A stretch of 47,379 bases of DNA, taken from the IMG/VR virus record IMGVR_UViG_2721755497_000004. The stretch is one strand, 5' to 3'. The notes below the pieces were generated by a model. That model was not told the origin of the DNA, made no database searches, and saw only the letters and a program-made list of their open reading frames with translations. Origin of the DNA: a virus. Its lineage: Duplodnaviria; Heunggongvirae; Uroviricota; Caudoviricetes. Both the position numbers and the translations under genes were made by a program. Shown here in pieces: positions 30,038 to 38,283 of this stretch (positions are counted from its first letter, which is position 1; the number at the start of each line of letters is the position of its first letter).

Positions 30038-30265
30038 GCAGAGAAGGATACTGAACACTATTTTCTCCAGGCAATATGCAATAACATGAAGTGTGAGATG
30101 ACTTACAATTATAAAAAACAGCCTACAGAATACTCCTAAATAAAGCCATATCAAAATGAGTAACACAAAAAGGAACCAGGCAAAAATTTACGAGCAGGTA
30201 TTATCCAGCAACAGTTCAGACGCCATAACTTATTGCCGATAGCTACCATCAATAATTTCTTTCAT

Positions 30266-30289
30266 AAAAAAGCCCCTCTGAAGAGGGGC
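30266..30289 (-). terminator. minus-strand intrinsic terminator (GCCCCTC-TGAA-GAGGGGC plus U6)
   Basis: Near-identical copy of the element A terminator, downstream (minus sense) of element B. Confidence 0.55.
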
Positions 30290-30316
30290 TGACATACGCA
30301 TTTGCTTTCATCATCA

Positions 30317-30439
30317 ATATGGCGCCGGGTGCCTCCCGGTGCTCCATAACTGATTAATATGGAACGCGGTTTCATTCAGTTGCATTCATGAATAACACTC
30401 TAATCAGTCCGCCCCGCCGCTTAGGGGGATTCGCCATAT
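30317..30439 (-). repeat. structured repeat element B (closing helix ATATGGCG/CGCCATAT, compensatory change)
   Basis: Same architecture as A; terminal helix sequence differs from A but remains perfectly complementary. Confidence 0.7.
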
Positions 30440-30574
30440 AAATTGAAAGTACTGAACACATCTGTCACAAACAATATGCAATTGTATGAATTGTGAGATT
30501 ATTATCAATAACACAAAATTACAGCTCTAGTACATAAACAGCAGATTAAACAAGAACAACAAAAGTATTGAATT

Positions 30575-30700
30575 GCACGGTGCCGGGTGCCTCCCGGTGA
30601 ATTCTGCAATGACCAGACAGAATCCGCAACTTGCTACTAACGCTAATGCGACCAAGCCTAACAGTCATTATGCCCCTCCGCACAGGGGGATTCACCATGC
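30575..30700 (-). repeat. structured repeat element C (closing helix GCACGGTG/CACCATGC, one mismatch)
   Basis: Same conserved hairpins GGTGCCGGGTGCCTCCCGGTGA and CCCCTCCGCACAGGGGGATTCACCA; different variable core. Confidence 0.7.
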
Positions 30701-30829
30701 GCTAAAAAAATACAAAACGTCACGTCACTCTGACAATACGAAGCACCATAAAATGTGAGTTATTTATCAATTCTTAATTCTGGTTACAGGAATATTCCGA
30801 ATCAAATCTTTAAAAAAAGAAATTCAAAT

Positions 30830-30932
30830 GCATGGTGCCGGGTGCCTCCCGGTGAACAGACCGTCCGTGATACCAGTCGGCAACACAGGAAATTAATGGT
30901 ATCACCCCACCGCACAGGGGGATTCACCATGC
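30830..30932 (-). repeat. structured repeat element D (closing helix GCATGGTG/CACCATGC)
   Basis: Same conserved hairpins; shorter variable core containing its own 9-bp hairpin GTGATACCA/TGGTATCAC. Confidence 0.7.
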
Positions 30933-31121
30933 AGGCGTTTTCTTAGCAAACTAACTGCGCGCCCGGCAACTCCCAACCACATAAAACGTGGAGTTTGTAG
31001 CATTTATGCACATAACTCACAGGGGTTATCTTAAAAAAAGCTGACCATGCTTCCCCGGCAACGCAATAACTTTATTCCCTGAAGTGGCATCCCCCGTATT
31101 GTCGGCAGGCTCAAAAAGGAG

Positions 31122-31143
31122 CCAGTCATCTGAGGATGACTGG
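31122..31143 (-). terminator. hairpin CCAGTCATC-TGAG-GATGACTGG with nearby U-run on minus strand
   Basis: 9-bp perfect stem; the minus strand continues CTCCTTTTTGA. Confidence 0.35.
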
Positions 31144-31323
31144 AAAAAGGAAAGATAAAAAATTATTCATCATACAACCTTCGTTGCAGGGGAGAATCCT
31201 GCGGTGCAGCAACATACAAAAACATAAGCCAACTAACAATATGCAGGCATAGCATTTTCGGATTTTGTTATATGGCACGGTAACTGAATGCTTACCTGAT
31301 ATACAGTCCGGTATAAAGTTGCA

Positions 31324-31344
31324 AAAAACCGCCAGTTAAGGCGG
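31324..31344 (-). terminator. minus-strand intrinsic terminator (CCGCC-AGTTAA-GGCGG plus U6)
   Basis: 5-bp GC stem followed on the minus strand by TTTTTTG. Confidence 0.5.
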
Positions 31345-31587
31345 CATTCAAACAGACAACAGGATTTTTTCGTAATTTTAACAACTTCGGGGTGGCGCAT
31401 CGTCAGCCCCTGTCAGGAAGTACCAGAGCTCCCACCAACAATATCCCCCCATTCAGCGTTATCAAACACAGCACAGAAACTATCAATGTTTGCTGTTACA
31501 GTTAGGGAAAAAACGATAAATACGCCACAGGCTCTTTTTGCTGTGAAGTAAAAACTGATCTGAAAGACTGCTCATCATTTATTTTGC

Positions 31588-31665
31588 TGGACCGTCACCG
31601 GGGACTCGAACCCCGCATTTTCAACATAAAAAGGTTGATGCTCTTTCCTGATGAGCTAGTGACGG
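31588..31665 (-). tRNA. tRNA-like gene with 8-nt anticodon loop (possible unusual tRNA or pseudogene)
   Basis: 7-bp acceptor stem CCGTCAC/GTGACGG, encoded CCA, D arm GCTC/GAGC, T arm CGGGG-TTCGAGT-CCCCG, but anticodon arm TCAAC-CTTTTTAT-GTTGA has an 8-nt loop. Confidence 0.45.
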
Positions 31666-31667
31666 CA

Positions 31668-31742
31668 TGGTTGCCTTGCTGGATTTGAACCAGCGACCTG
31701 GCGATTATGAGTCTCTCGCTCTCACCACTGAGCTAAAGGGCC
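31668..31742 (-). tRNA. tRNA with CAU anticodon (Ile2/Met-like), acceptor and anticodon stems imperfect
   Basis: GGCCCTTTAGCTCAGTGG...CTCATAA...GCTGGTTCAAATCCAGC...CCA; D and T arms canonical; 3 terminal acceptor pairs and 2 anticodon-stem pairs mismatched; one nt short. Confidence 0.55.
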
Positions 31743-31782
31743 GGGAACAGAATAATAATGGTGCGTAATTAATTCTGCAATC

Positions 31783-32841
31783 TCATCCCTTCTGGCTGAC
31801 TAAATCCTGAACTTCCCTGACCGTCTGCTCAAAACGCTCAGTATCCAGCTCAACGCCAATCGCACGACGCCCCAGTGCCAGCGCCGCTTTGACTGTCGAA
31901 CCCGACCCCATGAAGAAATCCGCAACCAGGTCACCCGGACGACTACTCGCTCTGATTATCTGCTGCAGCATTTCTGCCGGTTTTTCGCACGGATGTTTCC
32001 CGGGATAGAACTGCACCGGTTTATGCGTCCACACATCGGTATATGGCACCTGCGCCGTCACGCCAAAATACCGCCGCAGATGCTTATATTCACACTGCAG
32101 TTCCGCATACTGTCGGTTCAGTAAGGTATACGCGGCAACCAGCTGGTGGTGGGGTTTTTCCAGTTCACCGCGTTGATGCTTTTCTTCTGCCACCCGGGCA
32201 AACAACGCCTGTAATTTCAGATAATCGCGTTCATTCGGTAACTGCCACTGACTGGTACTGAACCAGTGCGACACCATGTTTTTCTTTCCTGTGGCATCAG
32301 CAATCTGTTTTGCCGTTATCCCCAGAGCGGCACGCGCATCACGAAAGTAAGATATCAGCGGGGCCATCACATGCTGTTTCAGTGCCCTGCCCTTCGCCTC
32401 ATAGCCATCATCTTTCGGGCGATACGGTCCCTGATAATGTTCCGCAAACAGAATGCGCTCTGTGGCCGGGAAATACGCACGCAGGCTTTCCTTGTTGCAC
32501 CCGTTCCAGCGTCCGGATGGCTTCGCCCAGATGATATGGTTCAGCACATTAAAGCGTTCACGCATCATGATTTCGATGTCGGATGCCAGGCGATGCCCAC
32601 AGAACAGGTAAATGCTTCCCTCGGGCTTTAATACCCGCCAGAAGTGCGCCAGACACTGGTCCAGCCACTTCAGGTAATCATCATCGCCATTCCACTGGTT
32701 ATCCCAGCCATTGGGTTTTACTTTAAAGTACGGCGGGTCCGTGACTATCAGATCGACAGAGTTTTCAGGTAAGGTCTGGATAAATTCCAGGCAGTCAGCG
32801 TTGATTAACTCACAACTGGATATTTTTACAGTATTAAGCAT
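31783..32841 (-). CDS. DNA N6-adenine (or N4-cytosine) methyltransferase, beta class
   Basis: 352-aa ORF with DPPY catalytic motif (LIVTDPPYF) and C-terminal SAM-binding FxGxG (DFFMGSGST). Confidence 0.85.
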   Translation of the reverse strand: MLNTVKISSCELINADCLEFIQTLPENSVDLIVTDPPYFKVKPNGWDNQWNGDDDYLKWLDQCLAHFWRVLKPEGSIYLFCGHRLASDIEIMMRERFNVLNHIIWAKPSGRWNGCNKESLRAYFPATERILFAEHYQGPYRPKDDGYEAKGRALKQHVMAPLISYFRDARAALGITAKQIADATGKKNMVSHWFSTSQWQLPNERDYLKLQALFARVAEEKHQRGELEKPHHQLVAAYTLLNRQYAELQCEYKHLRRYFGVTAQVPYTDVWTHKPVQFYPGKHPCEKPAEMLQQIIRASSRPGDLVADFFMGSGSTVKAALALGRRAIGVELDTERFEQTVREVQDLVSQKG

Positions 32842-32980
32842 GGATCATTAAGCCTGTCTCTGATAGGCTCATTCTGCTTTTGCGCAAAGCAGTGGGCCTG
32901 AGGTTTGCTTGTGATCCCGATGCATGAGCAGATGGCTGGTGAGTGCCTCTAACACCACCAGCCGCCCATTTACCACAAAT

Positions 32981-33004
32981 AAAAAAGCCTTCAGGACTGA
33001 AGGC
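32981..33004 (-). terminator. intrinsic terminator (GCCTTCAG-GA-CTGAAGGC plus U6) overlapping the stop of the 65-aa ORF
   Basis: Perfect 8-bp stem followed on the minus strand by TTTTTTAT. Confidence 0.45.
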
Positions 33005-33188
33005 GTCTGTAACAACCGAACTGATAGTCTGCCAGACCCGCCATAACAAGCTGGGTCAGTATTAACTGGCAGCGCTCGCGTGAAAGGTAAGTATTCTGCG
33101 CAATCTCCCCGACTGTCGCCGGTTCGGTGACACTTAATTCATTAAACACCACTCTGGCGGTTTCGGTCATATCCTGCTGTTTTAGCAT
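32991..33188 (-). CDS. hypothetical small protein
   Basis: 65 aa from the MLKQQDMTE Met with RBS AAGGGA; first gene after tR'. Confidence 0.4.
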   Translation of the reverse strand: MLKQQDMTETARVVFNELSVTEPATVGEIAQNTYLSRERCQLILTQLVMAGLADYQFGCYRRLQS

Positions 33189-33310
33189 GTCTTTTTCCCT
33201 TTTCCGGTTAACGTGACACACCAATAACTCTTGTCGAAAAAGCCAGCAAGCTGAAAGACCGGTATTCACCACCACCAGCGCGTTTAACGTACTGGACCGA
33301 TTTCAGTCAT

Positions 33311-33332
33311 AAAAAACCCGCCAGGCGGCGGG
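33311..33332 (-). terminator. tR'-like late terminator (CCCGCC-GCCT-GGCGGG plus U6)
   Basis: Strong intrinsic terminator about 80 nt downstream of the Q-like gene stop. Confidence 0.6.
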
Positions 33333-33375
33333 GTGTAAAAACTCTTCTAACGTCAGGCATAAAACGCCCATTGTT

Positions 33376-33403
33376 AGAGCAAAATTACCACAGATTCCGG
33401 AAA
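33376..33403 (-). promoter_or_regulatory. pR'-like late promoter (TTGATT -16 nt- TGgTAATTT extended -10)
   Basis: Sigma70-like elements between the Q-like stop and tR'; would give a ~60-nt transcript ending at tR' unless antiterminated. Confidence 0.4.
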
Positions 33404-33414
33404 AATCAACAACC

Positions 33415-34236
33415 CTATCGCGTTACCCTCTTCAACTGCCACTCTGCCCATGCCTCTGCAATATCAAACCGGACCACCAGCGTGTCATAGAATTGCTTAA
33501 CTGTTTTTTCCCATGAAGCGCGTGTTATCTGATTTGTCACCTCACATATGGCATCAAATGCCTCCGTTGAAGGTAATCTTTCATAGCCACGCCCACCACA
33601 ACGCTGACAGTTTCTGAAAACCGGCATACCTCGTTTTTCAGACTCTTCACGATGAATGGCAACACCGCGCCCACGGCAATCTTTACAGGCAGTGGAGACC
33701 TCCCCCTTTCCACCACACTCCGGACAGGCAACTTTTACCACCTCCCTGACTTTTTTCCATTCCTCCCAGTAAGACGGATACACGCCTTTTGTACACTTTG
33801 CCCATACTGGTGGCTTACCATCCGGATACTGAATCTTGTTTGTAAAAATCTCGCTTTCAATAAATTTTTTTCCGTGACAGCATGGGCACTGTTTTTTGCT
33901 CGCCGCGCTCCGGGCATAATCCTCAAACGCATACGAAGCCATAATGCGCATCACTACCGGTTTTATTTCTGCCGGAAGTTTTCTTAACGCTGCCATCCGA
34001 TCACACCGACTGAGAGCGTATTCTGCCAGCAGTTCTGTTGCCCGCTCCCTGTCATTCATACTGATGCCCATTTTCCCAAGGAACGCAGAAAACCCCATCT
34101 CAGCCCGATTCTGTGTCATGCCCTGCGCGGCCATCACATCAGTGATACTCAGCGCATCTTTTGACGTTGAGGCCGATGCATCGGTCAGGCAAGGGGATTT
34201 TGGGGAGTAGTATTTCGGTAAATCTTCCAGTTTCAT
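33415..34236 (-). CDS. late antiterminator Q-like protein (QuuQ-type, multiple CxxC zinc-ribbon motifs)
   Basis: 273-aa ORF directly upstream of pR'/tR' and downstream of rusA (ATGA-coupled); four CxxC motifs. Confidence 0.6.
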   Translation of the reverse strand: MKLEDLPKYYSPKSPCLTDASASTSKDALSITDVMAAQGMTQNRAEMGFSAFLGKMGISMNDRERATELLAEYALSRCDRMAALRKLPAEIKPVVMRIMASYAFEDYARSAASKKQCPCCHGKKFIESEIFTNKIQYPDGKPPVWAKCTKGVYPSYWEEWKKVREVVKVACPECGGKGEVSTACKDCRGRGVAIHREESEKRGMPVFRNCQRCGGRGYERLPSTEAFDAICEVTNQITRASWEKTVKQFYDTLVVRFDIAEAWAEWQLKRVTR

Positions 34237-34607
34237 TTTTTGACCTGCTCTTCATGCATTATGGGGTAAATCTTCACCCCCATACGTCCACCAGATACTG
34301 GCTGACCACGAACGATATTGGTTTCATCAAACTGCTCATCGTCCATTAACACTCCCGCATGCGTCAGCGCATCCAGCGGTGCTTTCAGGATATTGTCCAG
34401 GTCGCGACGACGCTTATCCGGTGGCTCTGCAATCACCTTTATCGCCAGCCTTCCGGACAGGCTTAATTTCAGCCGCTGCTGGCGAACAATAAGCGCCACA
34501 GCCCGGCGATAACGCTTTCCCTCCTCCGAGATAAAATATGTGCTGCCACGGCGTCGCCAGTAAGTGTTCACCGTCGGCGGGTAAGGTAAAACCAAATCTA
34601 TGAGCAT
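34233..34607 (-). CDS. rusA: Holliday junction resolvase RusA
   Basis: 124-aa ORF; RusA signature incl. ...PDKRRRDLDNILKAPLDALTHAGVLMDDEQ... Confidence 0.85.
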   Translation of the reverse strand: MLIDLVLPYPPTVNTYWRRRGSTYFISEEGKRYRRAVALIVRQQRLKLSLSGRLAIKVIAEPPDKRRRDLDNILKAPLDALTHAGVLMDDEQFDETNIVRGQPVSGGRMGVKIYPIMHEEQVKK

Positions 34608-34619
34608 CAGTCACCTCTT

Positions 34620-35669
34620 TTACCCAAGCACGCCAGTTGCAAAGGCGTGATCAAGAAAACGAAAAATTAAATCAACCTGAGAACCATGCTTTTCTTCGAA
34701 CGCCAGCGGATCCGCATGAAGCTCGTTGTGATGCTCCCGACACAGCGGTAGCGTGAAAATATCGTGAGATTTTGTCCCCATTCCGCCCTGACCATGACCA
34801 ATCAGGTGATGGGGATCGTCGGCTGGCTTACCACAACACGCACACGGCTGTGTCTTCACCCAGCGTGTGTATTTCTCGTTAACCCAGCGGCGACGTTTAG
34901 GTCGTTTCATGAAAGATTCCGGAGACTCAGGATCAACGGCAATGCTGACCACCGTCTTTTCCTGTGGTGGGTTCTGTTGCTGGTGGGCGTGAGGCAGCGG
35001 CGCAAGATTTTTTGTGCGCTGTTTCAGTATGCTGGTGGCGGTCTGCTCTCCCGGTACGATGTCGCTTTCACGGTACATTGAGCGGATTTTTTCCGCACGC
35101 AACCCCAGCGAACGACGTAATACCGCTTCCGGTAGCGCGTCCGCCACCTGATTGCGGACCGCCCACCAGGATAATTCAGCCAAAGATAATTCACGCTCCT
35201 GCGTACCGCTTATTGCGTGACCGATGACGTCAATCATCCATGCTGACAGGTTTTGATGAGCAAGTTGCTCGAGTGATTCGGATGTCTGGTCACGCAGCTG
35301 GTTGTCGCAGTGCCAGCACAACACCATTGCGCCGGTACCATAACGGTGAATGACGGTTTCGCTGTGATGATAATCGCCGTGTGGCCACTGGCAGGATTTA
35401 ATATGGCGCAACAGCCAGTCAGACAATGCACCAGCACCACCAGCAGCACGAATCACCCGTGCGTTACTGAAAAACGGCAGCAATGTTTTGTCTTCCACTA
35501 GCGGCTGGCGAACGGCAGGAACGACCCCGGACGGCAGATTACGCATGCTTTTCGGTTCCGGCTCCACCAGTACCCGGGTATTGTGGAATACCGGCATGGA
35601 TTCACGGCCCGGCTTAACGATCACCAGCCCGAGTTCCGGTACCAGAACAGGTCGAAGTAATACCCGCAC
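34620..35669 (-). CDS. DUF968/YdfU-like protein with C-terminal HNH-like motif
   Basis: 349-aa ORF (true start may be the internal MPVFHN Met); C-terminal CACCGKPADDPHHL...REHHNELH; Nin-region synteny. Confidence 0.5.
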   Translation of the reverse strand: MRVLLRPVLVPELGLVIVKPGRESMPVFHNTRVLVEPEPKSMRNLPSGVVPAVRQPLVEDKTLLPFFSNARVIRAAGGAGALSDWLLRHIKSCQWPHGDYHHSETVIHRYGTGAMVLCWHCDNQLRDQTSESLEQLAHQNLSAWMIDVIGHAISGTQERELSLAELSWWAVRNQVADALPEAVLRRSLGLRAEKIRSMYRESDIVPGEQTATSILKQRTKNLAPLPHAHQQQNPPQEKTVVSIAVDPESPESFMKRPKRRRWVNEKYTRWVKTQPCACCGKPADDPHHLIGHGQGGMGTKSHDIFTLPLCREHHNELHADPLAFEEKHGSQVDLIFRFLDHAFATGVLG

Positions 35670-35670
35670 G

Positions 35671-35949
35671 TTACCTCCAGATGCGTTGCTGGAATGTGCG
35701 GGACGGACGCGGTGGGCGTTCGGAGTAAGGAAGCCTGACGGAGATTATCCAGTGACGATAATCGAGGCTGAGGGCTTTCTTAATCTCGTATCCGTGTCTG
35801 CGGTAGCACTGAATTAGCCACTCGGCCTGTTCTTCAGTGCATGGGGGATGCTGGAACCAGTCAGATTTGAAAGTGCGGGAACGCCGCCCGTGCCTGCTGG
35901 CAAAGACGGCAGAATCATCAGAATTGTGTAATTTGGTATCGTGCGCCAT
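35671..35949 (-). CDS. hypothetical protein
   Basis: ~93 aa from the MAHDTKLHN Met; longer ORF-track start would overlap the hok terminator. Confidence 0.35.
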   Translation of the reverse strand: MAHDTKLHNSDDSAVFASRHGRRSRTFKSDWFQHPPCTEEQAEWLIQCYRRHGYEIKKALSLDYRHWIISVRLPYSERPPRPSRTFQQRIWR

Positions 35950-36021
35950 CGGTTGTCTCTGCTGGCGCAGCAGGTGCCAGTTGTTCAGGCTGGCGTGCGA
36001 ATTGTAAACCAGAATGCTAGG

Positions 36022-36048
36022 AAAAAACAAAACCCGCCGAAGCGGGTT
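36022..36048 (-). terminator. intrinsic terminator downstream of hok (AACCCGC-TTCG-GCGGGTT plus U-run)
   Basis: Perfect stem with tetraloop followed on the minus strand by TTTTGTTTTTT; nearby second hairpin GGCGAGGGA-TTTC-TCCCTCGCC (36088-36109). Confidence 0.55.
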
Positions 36049-36116
36049 AAGTGCGGGTGCGTTGAGGATGCCTGCCACATCAGAGGTGGCGAGGGATTTC
36101 TCCCTCGCCGGGTCTC

Positions 36117-36272
36117 TTACTCCTCAGGTTCGTAAGCTGTGAAGACAGCGACCTCCGTCTGGCCGGTTCGGATTCGTACCTCGCAGAGGTCTTTCCTCGT
36201 TACCAGTGCCGTCACTATGACGGTTAAACAGATGACGATCAGGGCGATTAACATCGCCTTTTGCTGCTTCAT
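36117..36272 (-). CDS. hokD: Hok-family type I toxin
   Basis: 51-aa MKQQKAMLIALIVICLTVIVTALVTRKDLCEVRIRTGQTEVAVFTAYEPEE, canonical Hok; nested in the longer mok-like frame starting at 36329. Confidence 0.85.
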   Translation of the reverse strand: MKQQKAMLIALIVICLTVIVTALVTRKDLCEVRIRTGQTEVAVFTAYEPEE

Positions 36273-36329
36273 AGCCTGCTTCTCCTTGCCTTTCGGCACG
36301 TAAGAGGCTAACCTAGATTTGCCGTTCAT
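36117..36329 (-). CDS. mok: Mok-like overlapping reading frame
   Basis: 70-aa frame (MNGKSRLASYVPKGKEKQA…) extending upstream of and in frame with hok. Confidence 0.45.
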   Translation of the reverse strand: MNGKSRLASYVPKGKEKQAMKQQKAMLIALIVICLTVIVTALVTRKDLCEVRIRTGQTEVAVFTAYEPEE

Positions 36330-36483
36330 AGATTGAGCCTCAGATTAATGTTAAGCGTCTTGCAGGACGCGTAATGTTAACTGGGGCTTTTCTCTATCTG
36401 CCTTTGGTGTTCATGCCTGAGACAGATAGCCTCAAGCACCCGCAGCCATTCTACTTAACTCCCGTTACCTCGCCAATATAAAA

Positions 36484-36573
36484 TCAATCAGAAAGGCGAT
36501 CCATAAGAACAACAGCAAGACAATAAATTGCCATTACAGCTGCAATAGCCAGCGCACATTTGAGAACCAGCAC
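36484..36573 (-). CDS. 29-codon hydrophobic small ORF with strong RBS (possible small membrane toxin-like peptide)
   Basis: AGGAGG then 5 nt then GTG CTG GTT CTC AAA TGT GCG...; peptide (M)LVLKCALAIAAVMAIYCLAVVLMDRLSD; not in ORF track (<60 aa). Confidence 0.35.
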   Translation of the reverse strand: MLVLKCALAIAAVMAIYCLAVVLMDRLSD

Positions 36574-37351
36574 GACAACCTCCTGTATTGGACGTACACC
36601 AGTCCTGATAAATATGAGGCTGTCTCATCATTGATGAGATACAACTATTGGGTATAGTTTCTGTGATTTTGTTCTGTAGAAATGGAACACAACAACCAGT
36701 CACCACCAGCACTTCTTTAAATACGCCAAGTCCGACGCAAGCTAACCTTCTAGTCCGCTTTGAGCGAAAAGCGGACATTCCTGTACAAAGCATGGCGTTG
36801 GAATACAGTAAGATCATTGATTAATAAGTGAGTCGAATCAGAACAGTAGCCAATGAAACAAAAAATTCGCAAACGTAACCAAGACTGGATATCAAGGCAA
36901 TTGAAACGTGCGCAAAAGAGGAAATGCCGTTAAGTTTCTTTATTAACTTTCCCTCAATATGAGCAACTGCTTGTAATGGTGTGCGCCTTAAACGGCATGG
37001 TCGTCTCAAGCCGGACTGGAGCCGCGCATTGTTTCATTAGGGTTGGGGAGAAGTGCCTATTGTTGGGCAAAAAGTAGTGTTTACTGGTTTGAGGGATTTG
37101 ATAAGGAGCAATTGCCTGTTGAATGGGGTGCGCTGTGGGAAGATGCCTGAATATATTGGTTTTGATTTGATCTCACAGTGCAACACACAATCAACTCTTA
37201 CAGTCTGCTGTGAGCAAAAATTGCACATTTCTAACAGCCTTCCGTGTGAATCAACGAGGAGCAGGTCACTGGCACAGAGGGGACGTTTAACCCCGTCCGG
37301 CCTCCGCTGAATTGGCTGCCAATTCCGTCCGGTCGTACCTGCCTGAGCCGT

Positions 37352-37576
37352 CTACTTCAGTAAAAACTGAATCAGCATAGCAAACATATATACTGTCGCT
37401 GCAATTTGTATTGTTCGCACTCCCCATCTGAGATATCGCCATTTATGACGTTCTCTGGCATCGGCTTCTTCAATGGTGGATTCAGTATGCTTTCTTCTCT
37501 TTGTCCTGAATGGATCAATTACCCATAGGGCAAGAATAAAGAGAACGATTGTTTTCTGAAGTATGGGATGATCCAC
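37352..37576 (-). CDS. hypothetical small membrane protein
   Basis: 74-aa ORF with two hydrophobic segments, GTG start. Confidence 0.3.
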   Translation of the reverse strand: MDHPILQKTIVLFILALWVIDPFRTKRRKHTESTIEEADARERHKWRYLRWGVRTIQIAATVYMFAMLIQFLLK

Positions 37577-37820
37577 GAAGAGTGACTCCGGCCTGCTCGC
37601 TGATACAATCAGAATAGATGAACAATCCCGAAATAATCAATACTAAATGTATGGCAATTATTTATTTTCGTCCTGGCTGGACTTTGTGACCTGCTCCCAA
37701 CAAATTAACATAGCACAATGTAAGCAAGTTCTGCTTTTGGCACAAAGCGGACAACCACGCTAGCTCTACCCTGTGCCACAAAATGTCAATTTGCATCTGA
37801 ACTAATGCACTTTAATCTCG

Positions 37821-38243
37821 TCACTTCAATAAATACCGAACATCCCCCTGATAAAACGACAATATGCGCTGCATAACTTCGCTCTTCCGGCACTCGCGAC
37901 AGATTATGTTTAGGCGACTGTCGTAGCGACGTATTTCTCCGTCAGGTAATGACCAGATAAGGTCCGGATCAACCACAACCGGTTTCTTCAGCTTTGCCCT
38001 CGATAATTTTTTGCGGGCATTTTGCCAGTCTTTACGAGCCTGTTCAGACGGGAATAACCCGTAGCCAGAATTGTATACATCGCCACTGGCAACCAGCTCT
38101 CTGGCCAGAACGCTCATCAGATATCTTGTTGCCCCAGTTTTAGCTTCCAGTTGTCGTAACGTCTCGCGCCCACTCTGGCGTACGAGTTCAAGAACCTGCC
38201 CTTTAATTTTTTCCCGCTCTTCTTGTGTAAAAACTTTTGCCAC
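37821..38243 (-). CDS. hypothetical protein
   Basis: 140-aa ORF, GTG start with RBS AGGAGG, downstream of the replication gene. Confidence 0.45.
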   Translation of the reverse strand: MAKVFTQEEREKIKGQVLELVRQSGRETLRQLEAKTGATRYLMSVLARELVASGDVYNSGYGLFPSEQARKDWQNARKKLSRAKLKKPVVVDPDLIWSLPDGEIRRYDSRLNIICRECRKSEVMQRILSFYQGDVRYLLK

Positions 38244-38283
38244 AAGCCCTCCTGAAAATTACCTCATGACCAGAAATTAACAC

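Noticed and set aside
29908-30932. Possible CRISPR array (tandem repeats with variable intervening sequence)
   Set aside because: Repeat units are ~100-130 nt composite structures with split conserved halves and irregular spacing (400, 258, 255 bp), not 28-37 bp direct repeats with regular spacers; no cas genes in the window.
30573-30946. Two short plus-strand ORFs (61 and 63 aa) inside the repeat locus
   Set aside because: They span conserved hairpins of repeat elements C and D and have no RBS; best explained as chance frames in structured noncoding DNA.
29745-31587. Shiga toxin genes stxA/stxB
   Set aside because: No ORF of appropriate size or signal-peptide-bearing frame is present anywhere in the late cargo slot.
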